A DNA stretch of 59,692 nucleotides, taken from contig JAZQAR010000023.1 of assembly GCA_045545315.1 (NCBI GenBank), positions 1-59,692 on the forward strand, in the 5' to 3' direction. The notes beneath the pieces were generated by a model. That model saw only the letters and a list, made by a program, of their open reading frames with translations. It ran no database searches and was not told the DNA's origin. Shown here one piece after another: positions 1 to 9,785 of the stretch (position 1 is the stretch's first letter; the number at the start of each line of letters is the position of its first letter). This DNA comes from Eubacteriales bacterium (GTDB lineage: Bacteria; Bacillota; Clostridia; Oscillospirales; QAKW01). The position numbers were made by a program, and so were the translations under genes.

Positions 1-741
1 CAGGGTCTTGCCGGTCAGAGCGGGGATCGTAATACCCGTAGGAGTAGGCGGATTGGGATCCGGATCGGGTGTGGGCGTAGGTGTGGGGGTGGGCTTGGGC
101 TTATTGGCTTCCCGGTATGTATCGAACCGATGGAAGATGGCCGCTAATTGAGCACGGGTCGCCTTACCCTTGGGCTCCAGATAAGAAACGTTGCCCTTCA
201 GGTTGCCGTTGACCAGGCCGGCGGTATTTGCCCACAGCATAGCCTCCCGAGCATAGGAAGAGATCTTCCCCTGATCGGGAAAGGCGCCCAGGGAACCGGA
301 AAGAGAAACGTTATATTTCAACATATTTTGGGTATAGCGGTACAAGATCGTCGCCAGCTGCTCCCGGGTGATCTTGGCAGAGGGGCCGAAGGTGGTGGCG
401 GAGGTACCGTTGACGATCCCGTTTTGGTAGGCCCACAACACCGCCTTTTTATACCAGGCCTGCTTCAGATCGGTAAAGGGCGTGCTGCCGCTGACCGCAG
501 GTTCCCCGGCGGAGCGATACAGAATCGTCACCAGCATGGCCCGTTCGGCGGAGCCTTCGGGGGAGAATTTCCCCTCGCCGGTGCCGTTCATCAGCCCTTG
601 AGCGGTGGCCCATTCAATATCAGCTTTGGCCCAATGCTTTTTGGAAACGTCCCGGTATTCCGCCGCAAAGGCCACGGTCACGTTGCCCAGCAATAGCAAT
701 ACCACAAGTGCGATGGAGATGAATCTTTTTGTCAACTTCAT
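1..741 (-). CDS. SLH-domain cell-surface protein, N-terminal part only (the gene runs off the left window edge); paralog of 9785..13612 and 14310..19520
   Basis: Absent from the ORF track because it is open at the window edge. Translation from the ATG (complement of 739..741) gives MKLTKRFISIALVVLLLLGNVTVAFAAEYRDVSKKHWAKADIEWATAQGLMNGTGEGKFSPEGSAERAML... This is a signal peptide, three SLH repeats, a Pro/Thr linker and the start of a PASTA-like unit (GITIPALTGKTL). The order matches the N-termini of the two SLH paralogs. The + ORF 148..696 is its antisense shadow. Confidence 0.85.
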   Translation of the reverse strand, partial: MKLTKRFISIALVVLLLLGNVTVAFAAEYRDVSKKHWAKADIEWATAQGLMNGTGEGKFSPEGSAERAMLVTILYRSAGEPAVSGSTPFTDLKQAWYKKAVLWAYQNGIVNGTSATTFGPSAKITREQLATILYRYTQNMLKYNVSLSGSLGAFPDQGKISSYAREAMLWANTAGLVNGNLKGNVSYLEPKGKATRAQLAAIFHRFDTYREANKPKPTPTPTPTPDPDPNPPTPTGITIPALTGKTL

Positions 742-789
742 CCTGTTACCCCTTTTGAACGACCCGTCGGGTCGTTTATTTTATATTTT

Positions 790-819
790 ATTATAACAAA
801 TCAGCCGTAACCTTGTCAA
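790..819 (-). promoter_or_regulatory. Sigma-70-type promoter for the partial SLH gene
   Basis: Minus strand reads TTGACA (819..814), an 18-nt spacer, then TATAAT (795..790). It lies about 50 nt upstream of the ATG at 741. A short hairpin (AACGACCCGACGGGTCGTT, about 752..775) sits in the leader. Confidence 0.5.
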
Positions 820-854
820 CGCCCCATTCTCTGATCACACCGAAGGGATACGCC

Positions 855-889
855 GAAAAAATTCCCCGGCAGGTATTCTCCTGCCGGGG
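855..889 (-). terminator. Rho-independent terminator downstream of the 2903-aa gene
   Basis: 10-bp GC-rich stem CCCCGGCAGG/CCTGCCGGGG (864..889). On the minus strand it is followed by AATTTTTT. It starts 10 nt after the stop at 899. Confidence 0.6.
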
Positions 890-898
890 AAAGGGGCA

Positions 899-3800
899 TT
901 ATGTGCGGGGTTTTACACAGGTATAAACCATATTATGGTCGCTTCGATCTGTCACGTTCACGTTCAACCCGGCGCCGGTTGCTTCATACACCGGATAAGT
1001 CAAATCTTTCCCCACAATAATATGGTCAATATCCAACCTTGATCCGGTTCCTTGCGGGTAAGTGTAAACGATCGCATCATATTTTTCACCGCCATTCAGG
1101 CTGGTGAATTTGGCGGTATCGATCACGTTACGGATATACTGCCCTTTGGCGTTCATATCCCCGCAAATGATGGGATAATCATCATTTGCAGCCCGATCCA
1201 GGATCTCCTTCAGCTGCGTGGTCGCCGCCGTTTTATTGGTATCGGCATCGGGCGAGAGCGCCAGATGGGTATTATAGATCGTATAGGTCACGCCGTTCAC
1301 CGTAACCTGGAACCGGCTGTAAGTCCGCTGTTCACCACCCTTATCATTCTGGCTTCCAAAAATATTCCTGGTATACGCATCAATGGGATATTTACTTAGG
1401 ATCCCATGTCCGTAACTTATGGTCTCGTGGGCTTGGGTAAACTTATAATACGGATAACCGGTCAGTTCTGCGATCACAGCCATCTGATCTTGTGGATTTC
1501 GACTGGTATTTTTATCCACCTCCTGCAACAGAACCACGTCTGCATCAATGGCCTTGATCTCGGCGGCGATCTCTTCGTACTGAGCGCTATGGCCAAAGCA
1601 TTTAACGTTATAGCTGGCCACCTTCAAATATCCGGAGTAATCGGCGCTATACTGAACATTGACCGTATTGTTCTTAACAGTGGCAGTTCCATGCTCCAAG
1701 GATTGATAGAAGATCTCGCCCACCTTGTAGTTGGGACTATAGCCGGTGGATGCGACTCCCATTGTCAGCCCGGCTTCGGTCAGCGCCGCTTTTGCCTCAG
1801 CAACAGTCTTGCCCCGCAGGTCGGGTACCGTAGTCACATCCTCGTTTTGATGCCAGGGCAGGATCAGATCGGCATAGCAGAACCGATGAGCGGCAGTGCT
1901 ATTCTCGTAAACCCGAAAGCCCGCCGGAGCGGTGTTGTCTGCAATCGGCGTGAACCGATCGCTTATGACAATGTTGGTGGAAACCACCGACGAAGGACCT
2001 GTCAAAATATGGTCGTATTCCTTGCCGCCATTCAAAGCGACAAAGTTTTCGGGCATAACCTCCCGATACTGGTTGGGCACCATGTACGGCATCCCCACGA
2101 ATATCGGATAAGGATCTGCTTCCATCAGACCGAAGATTTCCTCCATTTGGGGGATTGCATAAGCCTCGCCCATAGTAGATGCATTTGCGGTATACACCGT
2201 TACAAAATGGCCGGCACCCAAATCCACCTTAGCCTTGATAAAGCCCCGTTTTTCCGTGGTATCCTGGTCCTTAAACAGTTTTTCAGTAATCTCCACCAAG
2301 GGATATTTACTCAAAAGAGCAATGCCGTATTCCCCGGTCGTTTGGGGCACGTTGCAGAAGAAGTGGGAATAGGGATACCCGGCGGCTTTCGCCAGATATT
2401 CGGTCTGATCCACGTATTCCCCATCCAGCATGGTCATATTCTTCTCCACCCGCTGGAGCCCCACGATATCTGCATCCATCTTCTTCAGTTCATTGATAAA
2501 GAACTCATAGTTATACGTATCGCCGATCTTGCAACGGGCGATATTCCGGTTCGCCACCTTCAAGGGGCCGGAATGTCCTTTGGATTCATCGATCTTCAGG
2601 AAGGTATAGACCGGATTATGGTCGCTGGCGCTGGTGGATTTGCCGATATCATTGACGTACAACTGGCCAAGACCGTTAATCTCCTCATAATGATCAAAGG
2701 TATCTGAGACCACGATGTGATCGATATTACAGGAAGAACGTCCCAATAGATCCTTGCCGCCGTTCAGCGGAGTAACGGTTTCCAGATTCAGGTGAGGCGC
2801 TATTTTGCCGATATTCATATTCATATCGCCGGTCAGTATTGTATACTGATCGCCTGGTAAATCAATATAAGCCTGCATAGCGCCGCTAATCTCCTGCATC
2901 TGATTATATTGATATTCTTTCGTGGTGGTGATATGGGTATTAAAGACAACAACCTCAGAGCCGTTTACGTCCAAGGTAAAGCGCCCGTATCCGCGTTTTT
3001 CGGCAGCCTGATAGGACGAATTGAACAGCACCGTCTCGGCTTCCAGAATTTCATAACGGCTGAGGATTGCGGTGCCGTAATGACCGCCATCCGTCAGGGT
3101 GTGCACATGGGTAAACTCATGATAGGGATATCCCAAAGCTTCCGCCAGAAATTGCGGCTGGTTCACCTTACCGGAGCGTGTGCAGTTTACGTCTACCTCT
3201 TGCAGGCATACGATATCTGCATCCAGGTCTTTCAGAATCTTAATCACTGCGGCAGTGCGGTCCGTTTCATTGCTGGAATTACTATTTCCGCTGAGGTCTG
3301 TCCACAGATGATGGATGTTATAGCTGACCACCTTGACATGATCGGAATAATCCTTGCAATGGGTCAGGGTCACGTAGCCCTTATCCTTGATCAATTCGGC
3401 ACCGGCAGGGACGGATTGGAGATATACGCCAACCTTATTGGCCTTATATTTTTCGGAAAAGACCACCTTGACTCCTGCCTCCTTGGCGGCGGCTTCAGCC
3501 TCGGCCTTGCTCATACCAACAAAATTAGGAATCTTCACAGTTTCGGGGGCGTCGATCCCCTCCATCAGCAGGTCGCTATAAGCATAATAACGGTTATTAT
3601 GGGTAACGGAGCTCTGCCGCCAGCCCTTGGCGGTAGTGCCGTCCGTCAAGGGAGTGAAATTATCGGTGGTGATGATGTTATAGTTATTCACATTCGCGGC
3701 GGATCCGTCGTTCAAGGCAATATACCCTTCGGGGATCGTATCCGCATAGGTGGAAGGCGCTCCGGAAAAGATACCGGCCAAAATGGCGCGCTCATCCTTT

Positions 3801-6800
3801 TCCATAACCGCCATCAGTTCCGCCAACTGGGCCTTGCGACAATTGGCATTGCCGGAGAACCAGGCAGAGTAAACCGCAACGGTTTCGGTCCCCAGATCCA
3901 CTTCGGCCCGGATATAGCCCCGTTCCTCGTAAGAGGTTGCTCCATAGTCCAACTCGTTTGCCTCGAAAATAGTGGTGGTACATTGGATGGGGAATTTGCT
4001 CATCAAGCCGATACCGTAATCGCCTTTATCGACGGAAACACCGTCTTGGGTTCTCATAACGTCCATCAGCTTCCCAAAATGATGATAGGAATAACCTGCC
4101 TCCTCGGCCATCAATTTGATCTGATCTTCCTGATTGGTGCGTTCAGCATTTTTGTCTACTCGAGCGTAGGCCACAATTTCCGGTGCAAATTCCCGCAGAT
4201 GCTCAGCAAAGGCTTTGTATTGAGCGGAGCCGTCCGAAACAACGAAAATGCCGATATTGGCAGCGGCCACCGTCAAGGGGTTCAGAAGCATCAATTTACC
4301 GTCCAGGGTCACGGTGCTGCCCTGCAGCAGTTGTTCACCGGCCGAAGCGGATTGTGTCAGAATTCCCATACTTTCCGCTTTGGGATCAAAGCCCTCGGCA
4401 TAGGCCACCCGCAGGCCCGCCTGCTTGGCGGCGGCCTCGGCCTCGGCAACGCTCATCCGGTAGAAATCGGGAACGGTGATCATTTGAGGCTTCCCGTTCA
4501 GGGCCAGGGTCACGGTACTGCCCTGGAGCAGCAACCCCAGTTTGGATTGATCCACCACTGCGCCCACTTCATAATCCAGATGATAGGAGACCGTCTCGCT
4601 GGTCACCTTCAGTTCCAGAGCCTCCAGGGCGGCAGTTGCTTCTTCCAGAGTCATATAGGAAAGATCAGGCACTTCCACCCCCTTGGGAGCACCAATCACC
4701 GTCACAGAAAGGGTCGCACCCTTGGGCACGATGGATTTAGCCGCCACTGCCTGGCTTACAACGGTGCCCTCGGGCACCTTGAGGGTATAATTAGTTTCTG
4801 TAAAGCTGACCTTCAGTTCCAGAGCAGCCAAAGCATTGGCCGCTTCCTCACGGGTCATCCCGCTCAGATTGGGCACCCGTACCAGCCGATCGGAGCGGAT
4901 CATCCGCCCATCGGTGTAAAAACTGTAATAGCCGGCGGGGTAATCGGTCCCCTTCAACTGTTCGGCATTCAGATAGATCCTCTTATCGGTCACGATCCGA
5001 TGACCGTCGCCGATATAATAGTATTCACCTTCAAATTCCACTAACTGATAGGCATCCAGCCGGATCCCATCCCGCCAGAAGAAGCCGTCCACCAGCCCGT
5101 TCTTCAGGAGCATCTTGCCTTCGGTATCAAAATCATAATAGCCCACAGGCAGACCGGTCCCTTCCAGGAACGGTTCAGTCAGATACAGCCGACAGCTCTT
5201 GGCCAATCGGTGATAGTCGTTAATGAAATAATAATAGCCTTCAAATTCCGCCAACTGATAAGCATCCAGCCGGATGCCTTCCCGCCAGAAGTAGTCCCCG
5301 ACAGGACCGTTCCGCAGAAGCATCTTACCCTCGGCATCAAATTCATAATAATCCGCAGGCAGGCCGGTCCCCTCCAGGGTGGCGGAGGTCATATATAACT
5401 TCGTATTCTTGGCCAGCCGGTGTCCGTCGTTGATAAAATAGTAATGATCTTCAAATTTCACCAATTGGTAAGCCGTTAACCGCTGTCCGTTGCGATAGAA
5501 ATAATCTCCCACAGGTCCGTTCGGTACCCGCAGCTTGCCTTCGGCATCAAAGTAGTAGTAGCCTACGGCCAGTTCCGTGTTCTTCACCAGATCTGCGGGC
5601 AGGTAAAGCAACACGTTCTTGGCCAACCGGTGCGCATCGCCGACGTAATAGTAATATCCTTCGTACTCCGCCAGCTGATAGGCCTTCAACTGTTCCCCGT
5701 TACGGTAGAAATAACCGTCCACCGGGCCATTTTTCAAATCCAGTTTGCCCTCATTATTGAAGTAATAGTAGCCAACAGGCAAGCCCGCCGCATTAGCCAA
5801 TTGTTCGGTCAGATAAACCCGGGCATTCCGCAGGATCCGATGGCTATCGTTAACAAAATAGATATCGCCCTCCAGGCTTGCCAGCTGATAGGCCTTCAGA
5901 CGAACCCCCTGCGCATAGAGGAAGTCCCCCTTCAACTCATCGGCCACGACCGCAGTGATCTTTTGGCCGATCCGAATCCCCTTCTTTAAAGTTGCCACGG
6001 CCGTTTTCAAGGCGGTGCGGCACTCCTCTACGGTAGAAACGGTGCTCCGATCGGCGGTCTTTGCCCCGTTCAAGGCTTCTTCAAAGGCGGCCATTTGTCC
6101 GGCGCTGACGTATTGGGTGCCAAAGGGCACGTTCGCCTCGGCCTCCTCGCTGAGGGTCAGTTCTGCCTTCAGTTCCTCGGCATAGCCGATCTCGGCATCC
6201 AACAGCGCAACGGCGGCCTTCAGTTTCGGATCCGGTACCGTTACGGTGCAAGTATCCGAAAAGGCTCCGTTCCCCGCATAAACGGTCACCGTGGCCTCAC
6301 CCGGAGCAAGGGCGGTGATCACACCCTCTTCCACCTTCACCACAGAGGGATCGGAGGAAGCCCAGGTCATGCTCTGATCATCGGCATCCGCCGGAAGCAC
6401 GGTGGCCTGCAGGGTCTTGCTCTCGCCCACGTCCAGTTCACAGCTTGCCTGTTCCAACGTCACCCCGGTCACCGGGATAAAGTTGACCACAGTATATGTG
6501 TAGCCACAGGAACTGCAGGTATATTGGGTTTTGGCACCGCCCTCCAGATCTGCGGAGGTAAAGGTACAATTTTCCCGGGTGGCGGTATAATTCCCACAGG
6601 TTCTTGCACAGGACACCGTATGGGTCTTATCCTCATTGCTGGTATACTGAAGCAGGTGATCCGATGCGGCAAGCGTTGTATTTGCGGTAAATTGGCGTTT
6701 AATAAGCGCCGAATAGGTATATCCGCCGGCAAGGCAAGGCATCCAGGAACTCAAGTTCGTATGCCAGTATGAAAGAATTCTACCGTCGCAATCGGTATAA

Positions 6801-9610
6801 TAGTATTTGGTGTCACTACTTTTGGCGATACTAATACGATACGGGGCCTTTGCCGTGGCGGCGGGTTTTACCGGGTTGCCGTTGGTGTCCAGGGCTACCT
6901 TCATACCGGACGAAGCCGTATTAAAGCTATAAACAGCCGCTCCGTTTGTAAAGTATGCTGTGTTACTATACCTCCTCGAATTGTTCTTCAGCGACATGGC
7001 ATTGGAATAGTAGGTATCCGTCATATCAGTGATGGTGGACGCCGCCCCATTTGTCAAGACCTTGTTATCGGTATAAAAATTGCTGACCGTTACGTTGTTG
7101 ACGTTAAAGGTGGTATTGCTACTTGTATTGCTCCGCAATCTCATCAGCTTATTGGCATCGTTGCCAAAAACCATCACGTTGGTCATGGTCAGGTTGTGGG
7201 TACCGGCCGCACGGCGGGTATAGCATTCCGCAAGCAAGATCGCCGATATGTTGTAAGTACTGTTTGCATTTTTCTTGTTATTGGCGATCAGCACGTTCTC
7301 CAGCACCAAAGTGGAGTTATTGGTTGCTATAGAGGGATCGACGTTGTTATCATCCAGACTTCCCACTAACCAGGAATGGGTCATACTTGTGGAATCTTTT
7401 TTCACTTCGCAATGGTTGTTAATAACCGAAACGTTTTTCAGGGTAACCGTAGAGGTATAGTAATGGCGCCCCATAATAACGCCGGTATTGTTGCTTTCGA
7501 ACTTAAAGGTACAGCCTTCCACCAGGATATTGCTGACGGTCAGATCCTTGACAGCCCGACAAGCGATCAAACCAAAGCCGGCATTGGAGGTTGCAAAGGT
7601 CCCGCCCCGCACAATGATATTGTCGATGGTGGCGGCGTTATGCACGGTTCCACATAAATAACCGCTGTAACCGCTGGCCTGGGTAACGGTCTGCTCCGCA
7701 TCAAATTCAAATACCAGATCTTTAATATAACTGCCGTAAAATTCCCCAAACAGGCCTGTTGCCACCTTCGTCAAATTACGGACGGTATGATTTTGACCAT
7801 CCAGATTGCCGTAAAAGCTCAGGGAGGCAAGTTGAACGTTCTTCAGATTCAAGTCGGCGCAGAGGTAGAAGGTTCTGCCCTTACTGTTATCTGCGGTGAT
7901 GGCCTGCAGATCCGCCACGGTATAAATACCCAGGTTGGGATAGGCGGTATCCGTTGCGGCGTTGATAGCCGGGAGTACCTTACCGGTATACAGAGTGGTA
8001 GCGCCCCGGTTCATGGTCACCGGCAGTTTTTCTTCGGTGGTGGGGATCATCAGATCTGCCACCCGATCCACCGCTTCATCCATGGCGGCCTGGTCGGTAA
8101 AGGTACCGTTCTCAACGGCGGCTTCCAGCTCTGCAAGAGCCTCACCCACCTTTTTCAGATCCCAAAAAGCCTTATCGTTTTCATAAACCGCCCGCAGGAC
8201 TTCAACGTCGTTGCCCAGCAGTGCCTCGGTGGTATAGGCTCCGTCCCCGGCGCCAAAGGTAAAGAGATTCCCCTCGCCCAGAGTGCCAATACTGCCTTCT
8301 TCGGCAACAAAGGTGGCGTTTTTCACCTGTAAAAGTTCATTCAGGTTTACGGTTTCACCGTTCTTACCATAGACGGTAAACGTCCGGTTATTGTTCTTGG
8401 TGGCGGTAACGGTGAGCCGCCGGATCTGATCCGTTCCGTCGGCGCTTACGGCCAATTGACCGTTGGCATCCACCGTCCAATTCAGCCCGGCTGCATTGAC
8501 TCGGTTCAGGTTCCAGGCATCGGACAAGGGATCTTGGGCAATCGCCCGCCGGATATAGGGCTCCGTCTCGCCGGTCTTATAATAGGTCAACACCGGGTAT
8601 CCGTTGGCATGATCCGTATATTGAACGGTATATTGATTTGCATAGGAGGCTTGCAGCCCCTTATTGGCCAGACCGGTGCCGTTCAAAGAAGAGGCGGTCA
8701 CGTCCTGGCCCAAAATATAAGAGGAGGAGGCAGTAATATGGGTAGGCTCCCCGCCCAGGCCGTAGGTAGCCGTATCGGCGGCGCTGTTAACGGTGCCTAA
8801 AAAATAGCAGTTGTTCATCACAGCGGCGGTCGAATCCCGATAGGAGCGCCCGATCAGGCCGCCCACCGGAGCCCCGCAGGAGGAGATCACCGTTGCGGCG
8901 GACCAGCAGTTTTCCACCTTCCCCTTCCAGCAATCGCCCACCAGGGAGCCCACACCGTCGAAATTATCGTTGGTGGCGGTGCCGGTATATTTTACACCGC
9001 CGATCACCAGCCCGTTGGCGATGCCCACGTTGCGGATGACACCGCCGTTCCCGCCGTAGTAATGGTTAAACAGTCCCAGCCGATAATGCGCCGGCTGATC
9101 GATCAACAGATTTTTGATCACAAAACCGTTGCCGTCAAAGGTGCCCTTAAAGGCATAGTTGCCGTTTTCAGAGGAGCCGGTCTGGCCGATGCCTTTGAAG
9201 TTCACCCACTCCATATCGATATCGTTGGCCAGATAGACGTAGTTCCCCACCATGGAACAGGTATAGGTCGCCACAATCTCGGCAAGGCGCTCCAATCCCG
9301 CACGGTCGGTGATCTTATAGTAAGTACCTTTGTTATTATCCGGGGTGTTCCCCAACTCCTCGGTCCACTCGCCAAACGTACGGTCATTCTTTTGGGAAGC
9401 GGTCAACGGAGACCCGTCTTTATTCTTGCCGTCTACGGACCCCTTATAGACCGTAACGGTCTTCAGGTCGATCATATCGGAGGTATCCACCAGCCCTACG
9501 CGGGCGGATTCAGCCTCTGCCATAGCGGGCACCGCAAAACAGGCCAGCATACTGATTAATATGCAAGCCGCCAGCAGTGCGGATAAAAATCTTGTTTTTC
9601 TCATGAACAT
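899..9610 (-). CDS. Giant secreted wall-associated protein: GLUG-type beta-helix blocks, Big_2-like Ig domain, choline/cell-wall-binding repeats, PASTA units, four EEP-like domains
   Basis: ORF track 899..9661. I moved the start to the ATG at complement 9608..9610 (MFMRKTRFLSALLAACILISMLACFAVPAMA, a signal peptide), which has GGAGG 7 nt upstream.

Motifs read by eye:
- two FxGxFDGNGxxIxNL blocks with GSLVGD/GGLIGR (GLUG-like);
- VTGVTLEQ...TVTV (Big_2-like);
- VPxLxGMTxEEA... PASTA units.

EEP-like domains, approximate positions:
- 3560..4270, degenerate;
- 2590..3340, intact (SYNI, LQEVD, NTHI, GDMN, IDHI, SDHN);
- 1850..2580, degenerate;
- 902..1635, intact. Confidence 0.9.
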   Translation of the reverse strand: MFMRKTRFLSALLAACILISMLACFAVPAMAEAESARVGLVDTSDMIDLKTVTVYKGSVDGKNKDGSPLTASQKNDRTFGEWTEELGNTPDNNKGTYYKITDRAGLERLAEIVATYTCSMVGNYVYLANDIDMEWVNFKGIGQTGSSENGNYAFKGTFDGNGFVIKNLLIDQPAHYRLGLFNHYYGGNGGVIRNVGIANGLVIGGVKYTGTATNDNFDGVGSLVGDCWKGKVENCWSAATVISSCGAPVGGLIGRSYRDSTAAVMNNCYFLGTVNSAADTATYGLGGEPTHITASSSYILGQDVTASSLNGTGLANKGLQASYANQYTVQYTDHANGYPVLTYYKTGETEPYIRRAIAQDPLSDAWNLNRVNAAGLNWTVDANGQLAVSADGTDQIRRLTVTATKNNNRTFTVYGKNGETVNLNELLQVKNATFVAEEGSIGTLGEGNLFTFGAGDGAYTTEALLGNDVEVLRAVYENDKAFWDLKKVGEALAELEAAVENGTFTDQAAMDEAVDRVADLMIPTTEEKLPVTMNRGATTLYTGKVLPAINAATDTAYPNLGIYTVADLQAITADNSKGRTFYLCADLNLKNVQLASLSFYGNLDGQNHTVRNLTKVATGLFGEFYGSYIKDLVFEFDAEQTVTQASGYSGYLCGTVHNAATIDNIIVRGGTFATSNAGFGLIACRAVKDLTVSNILVEGCTFKFESNNTGVIMGRHYYTSTVTLKNVSVINNHCEVKKDSTSMTHSWLVGSLDDNNVDPSIATNNSTLVLENVLIANNKKNANSTYNISAILLAECYTRRAAGTHNLTMTNVMVFGNDANKLMRLRSNTSSNTTFNVNNVTVSNFYTDNKVLTNGAASTITDMTDTYYSNAMSLKNNSRRYSNTAYFTNGAAVYSFNTASSGMKVALDTNGNPVKPAATAKAPYRISIAKSSDTKYYYTDCDGRILSYWHTNLSSWMPCLAGGYTYSALIKRQFTANTTLAASDHLLQYTSNEDKTHTVSCARTCGNYTATRENCTFTSADLEGGAKTQYTCSSCGYTYTVVNFIPVTGVTLEQASCELDVGESKTLQATVLPADADDQSMTWASSDPSVVKVEEGVITALAPGEATVTVYAGNGAFSDTCTVTVPDPKLKAAVALLDAEIGYAEELKAELTLSEEAEANVPFGTQYVSAGQMAAFEEALNGAKTADRSTVSTVEECRTALKTAVATLKKGIRIGQKITAVVADELKGDFLYAQGVRLKAYQLASLEGDIYFVNDSHRILRNARVYLTEQLANAAGLPVGYYYFNNEGKLDLKNGPVDGYFYRNGEQLKAYQLAEYEGYYYYVGDAHRLAKNVLLYLPADLVKNTELAVGYYYFDAEGKLRVPNGPVGDYFYRNGQRLTAYQLVKFEDHYYFINDGHRLAKNTKLYMTSATLEGTGLPADYYEFDAEGKMLLRNGPVGDYFWREGIRLDAYQLAEFEGYYYFINDYHRLAKSCRLYLTEPFLEGTGLPVGYYDFDTEGKMLLKNGLVDGFFWRDGIRLDAYQLVEFEGEYYYIGDGHRIVTDKRIYLNAEQLKGTDYPAGYYSFYTDGRMIRSDRLVRVPNLSGMTREEAANALAALELKVSFTETNYTLKVPEGTVVSQAVAAKSIVPKGATLSVTVIGAPKGVEVPDLSYMTLEEATAALEALELKVTSETVSYHLDYEVGAVVDQSKLGLLLQGSTVTLALNGKPQMITVPDFYRMSVAEAEAAAKQAGLRVAYAEGFDPKAESMGILTQSASAGEQLLQGSTVTLDGKLMLLNPLTVAAANIGIFVVSDGSAQYKAFAEHLREFAPEIVAYARVDKNAERTNQEDQIKLMAEEAGYSYHHFGKLMDVMRTQDGVSVDKGDYGIGLMSKFPIQCTTTIFEANELDYGATSYEERGYIRAEVDLGTETVAVYSAWFSGNANCRKAQLAELMAVMEKDERAILAGIFSGAPSTYADTIPEGYIALNDGSAANVNNYNIITTDNFTPLTDGTTAKGWRQSSVTHNNRYYAYSDLLMEGIDAPETVKIPNFVGMSKAEAEAAAKEAGVKVVFSEKYKANKVGVYLQSVPAGAELIKDKGYVTLTHCKDYSDHVKVVSYNIHHLWTDLSGNSNSSNETDRTAAVIKILKDLDADIVCLQEVDVNCTRSGKVNQPQFLAEALGYPYHEFTHVHTLTDGGHYGTAILSRYEILEAETVLFNSSYQAAEKRGYGRFTLDVNGSEVVVFNTHITTTKEYQYNQMQEISGAMQAYIDLPGDQYTILTGDMNMNIGKIAPHLNLETVTPLNGGKDLLGRSSCNIDHIVVSDTFDHYEEINGLGQLYVNDIGKSTSASDHNPVYTFLKIDESKGHSGPLKVANRNIARCKIGDTYNYEFFINELKKMDADIVGLQRVEKNMTMLDGEYVDQTEYLAKAAGYPYSHFFCNVPQTTGEYGIALLSKYPLVEITEKLFKDQDTTEKRGFIKAKVDLGAGHFVTVYTANASTMGEAYAIPQMEEIFGLMEADPYPIFVGMPYMVPNQYREVMPENFVALNGGKEYDHILTGPSSVVSTNIVISDRFTPIADNTAPAGFRVYENSTAAHRFCYADLILPWHQNEDVTTVPDLRGKTVAEAKAALTEAGLTMGVASTGYSPNYKVGEIFYQSLEHGTATVKNNTVNVQYSADYSGYLKVASYNVKCFGHSAQYEEIAAEIKAIDADVVLLQEVDKNTSRNPQDQMAVIAELTGYPYYKFTQAHETISYGHGILSKYPIDAYTRNIFGSQNDKGGEQRTYSRFQVTVNGVTYTIYNTHLALSPDADTNKTAATTQLKEILDRAANDDYPIICGDMNAKGQYIRNVIDTAKFTSLNGGEKYDAIVYTYPQGTGSRLDIDHIIVGKDLTYPVYEATGAGLNVNVTDRSDHNMVYTCVKPRT
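4905..5935 (-). repeat. Five tandem ~70-aa coding repeats of choline/cell-wall-binding type inside the 2903-aa protein
   Basis: The translation shows five consecutive units of the form DYFYRxGxRLxAYQLxEFEGxYYFIxDxHRLAKNxxLYLxxxxLxGTGLPxGYYxFDxEGKMLLxNGPV. The nucleotide repetition also creates the antisense + ORFs 5210..5398 and 5630..5989. Confidence 0.7.
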
Positions 9611-9669
9611 TTTGCTTCCTCCCCGGGAAATATGCAAATTTAGGTGACAATACACCAGCATACATAGTC

Positions 9670-9698
9670 ATTATACCATACTTTAAGGAAATGTCCAA
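9670..9698 (-). promoter_or_regulatory. Sigma-70-type promoter (extended -10) for the 2903-aa gene
   Basis: Minus strand reads TTGGAC (9698..9693), a 17-nt spacer, then TATAAT (9675..9670). The -10 is preceded by TGG. It lies about 60 nt upstream of the ATG at 9610. Confidence 0.5.
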
Positions 9699-9743
9699 TC
9701 ATTTTATGCGACTTAAATGTCACGTTTTGTTGTCTCTGTCAAT

Positions 9744-9785
9744 AACAACGCCTCCGGCAGAAATGCTTCTGCCGGAGGCGTTGTT
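9744..9785 (-). terminator. Perfect 17-bp hairpin overlapping the stop codon of the 1275-aa gene (terminator-like, no clear U-tract)
   Basis: AACAACGCCTCCGGCAG, loop AAATGCTT, then CTGCCGGAGGCGTTGTT. The stop codon (complement of 9785..9787) overlaps the end of the 3' arm. No T-run follows on the minus strand, so intrinsic termination is uncertain. Confidence 0.45.

Noticed and set aside
148-696. + strand ORF of 182 aa at the left window edge.
   Set aside because: It is the antisense shadow of the partial SLH-protein gene on the minus strand. That gene is missing from the ORF track only because it is open-ended.
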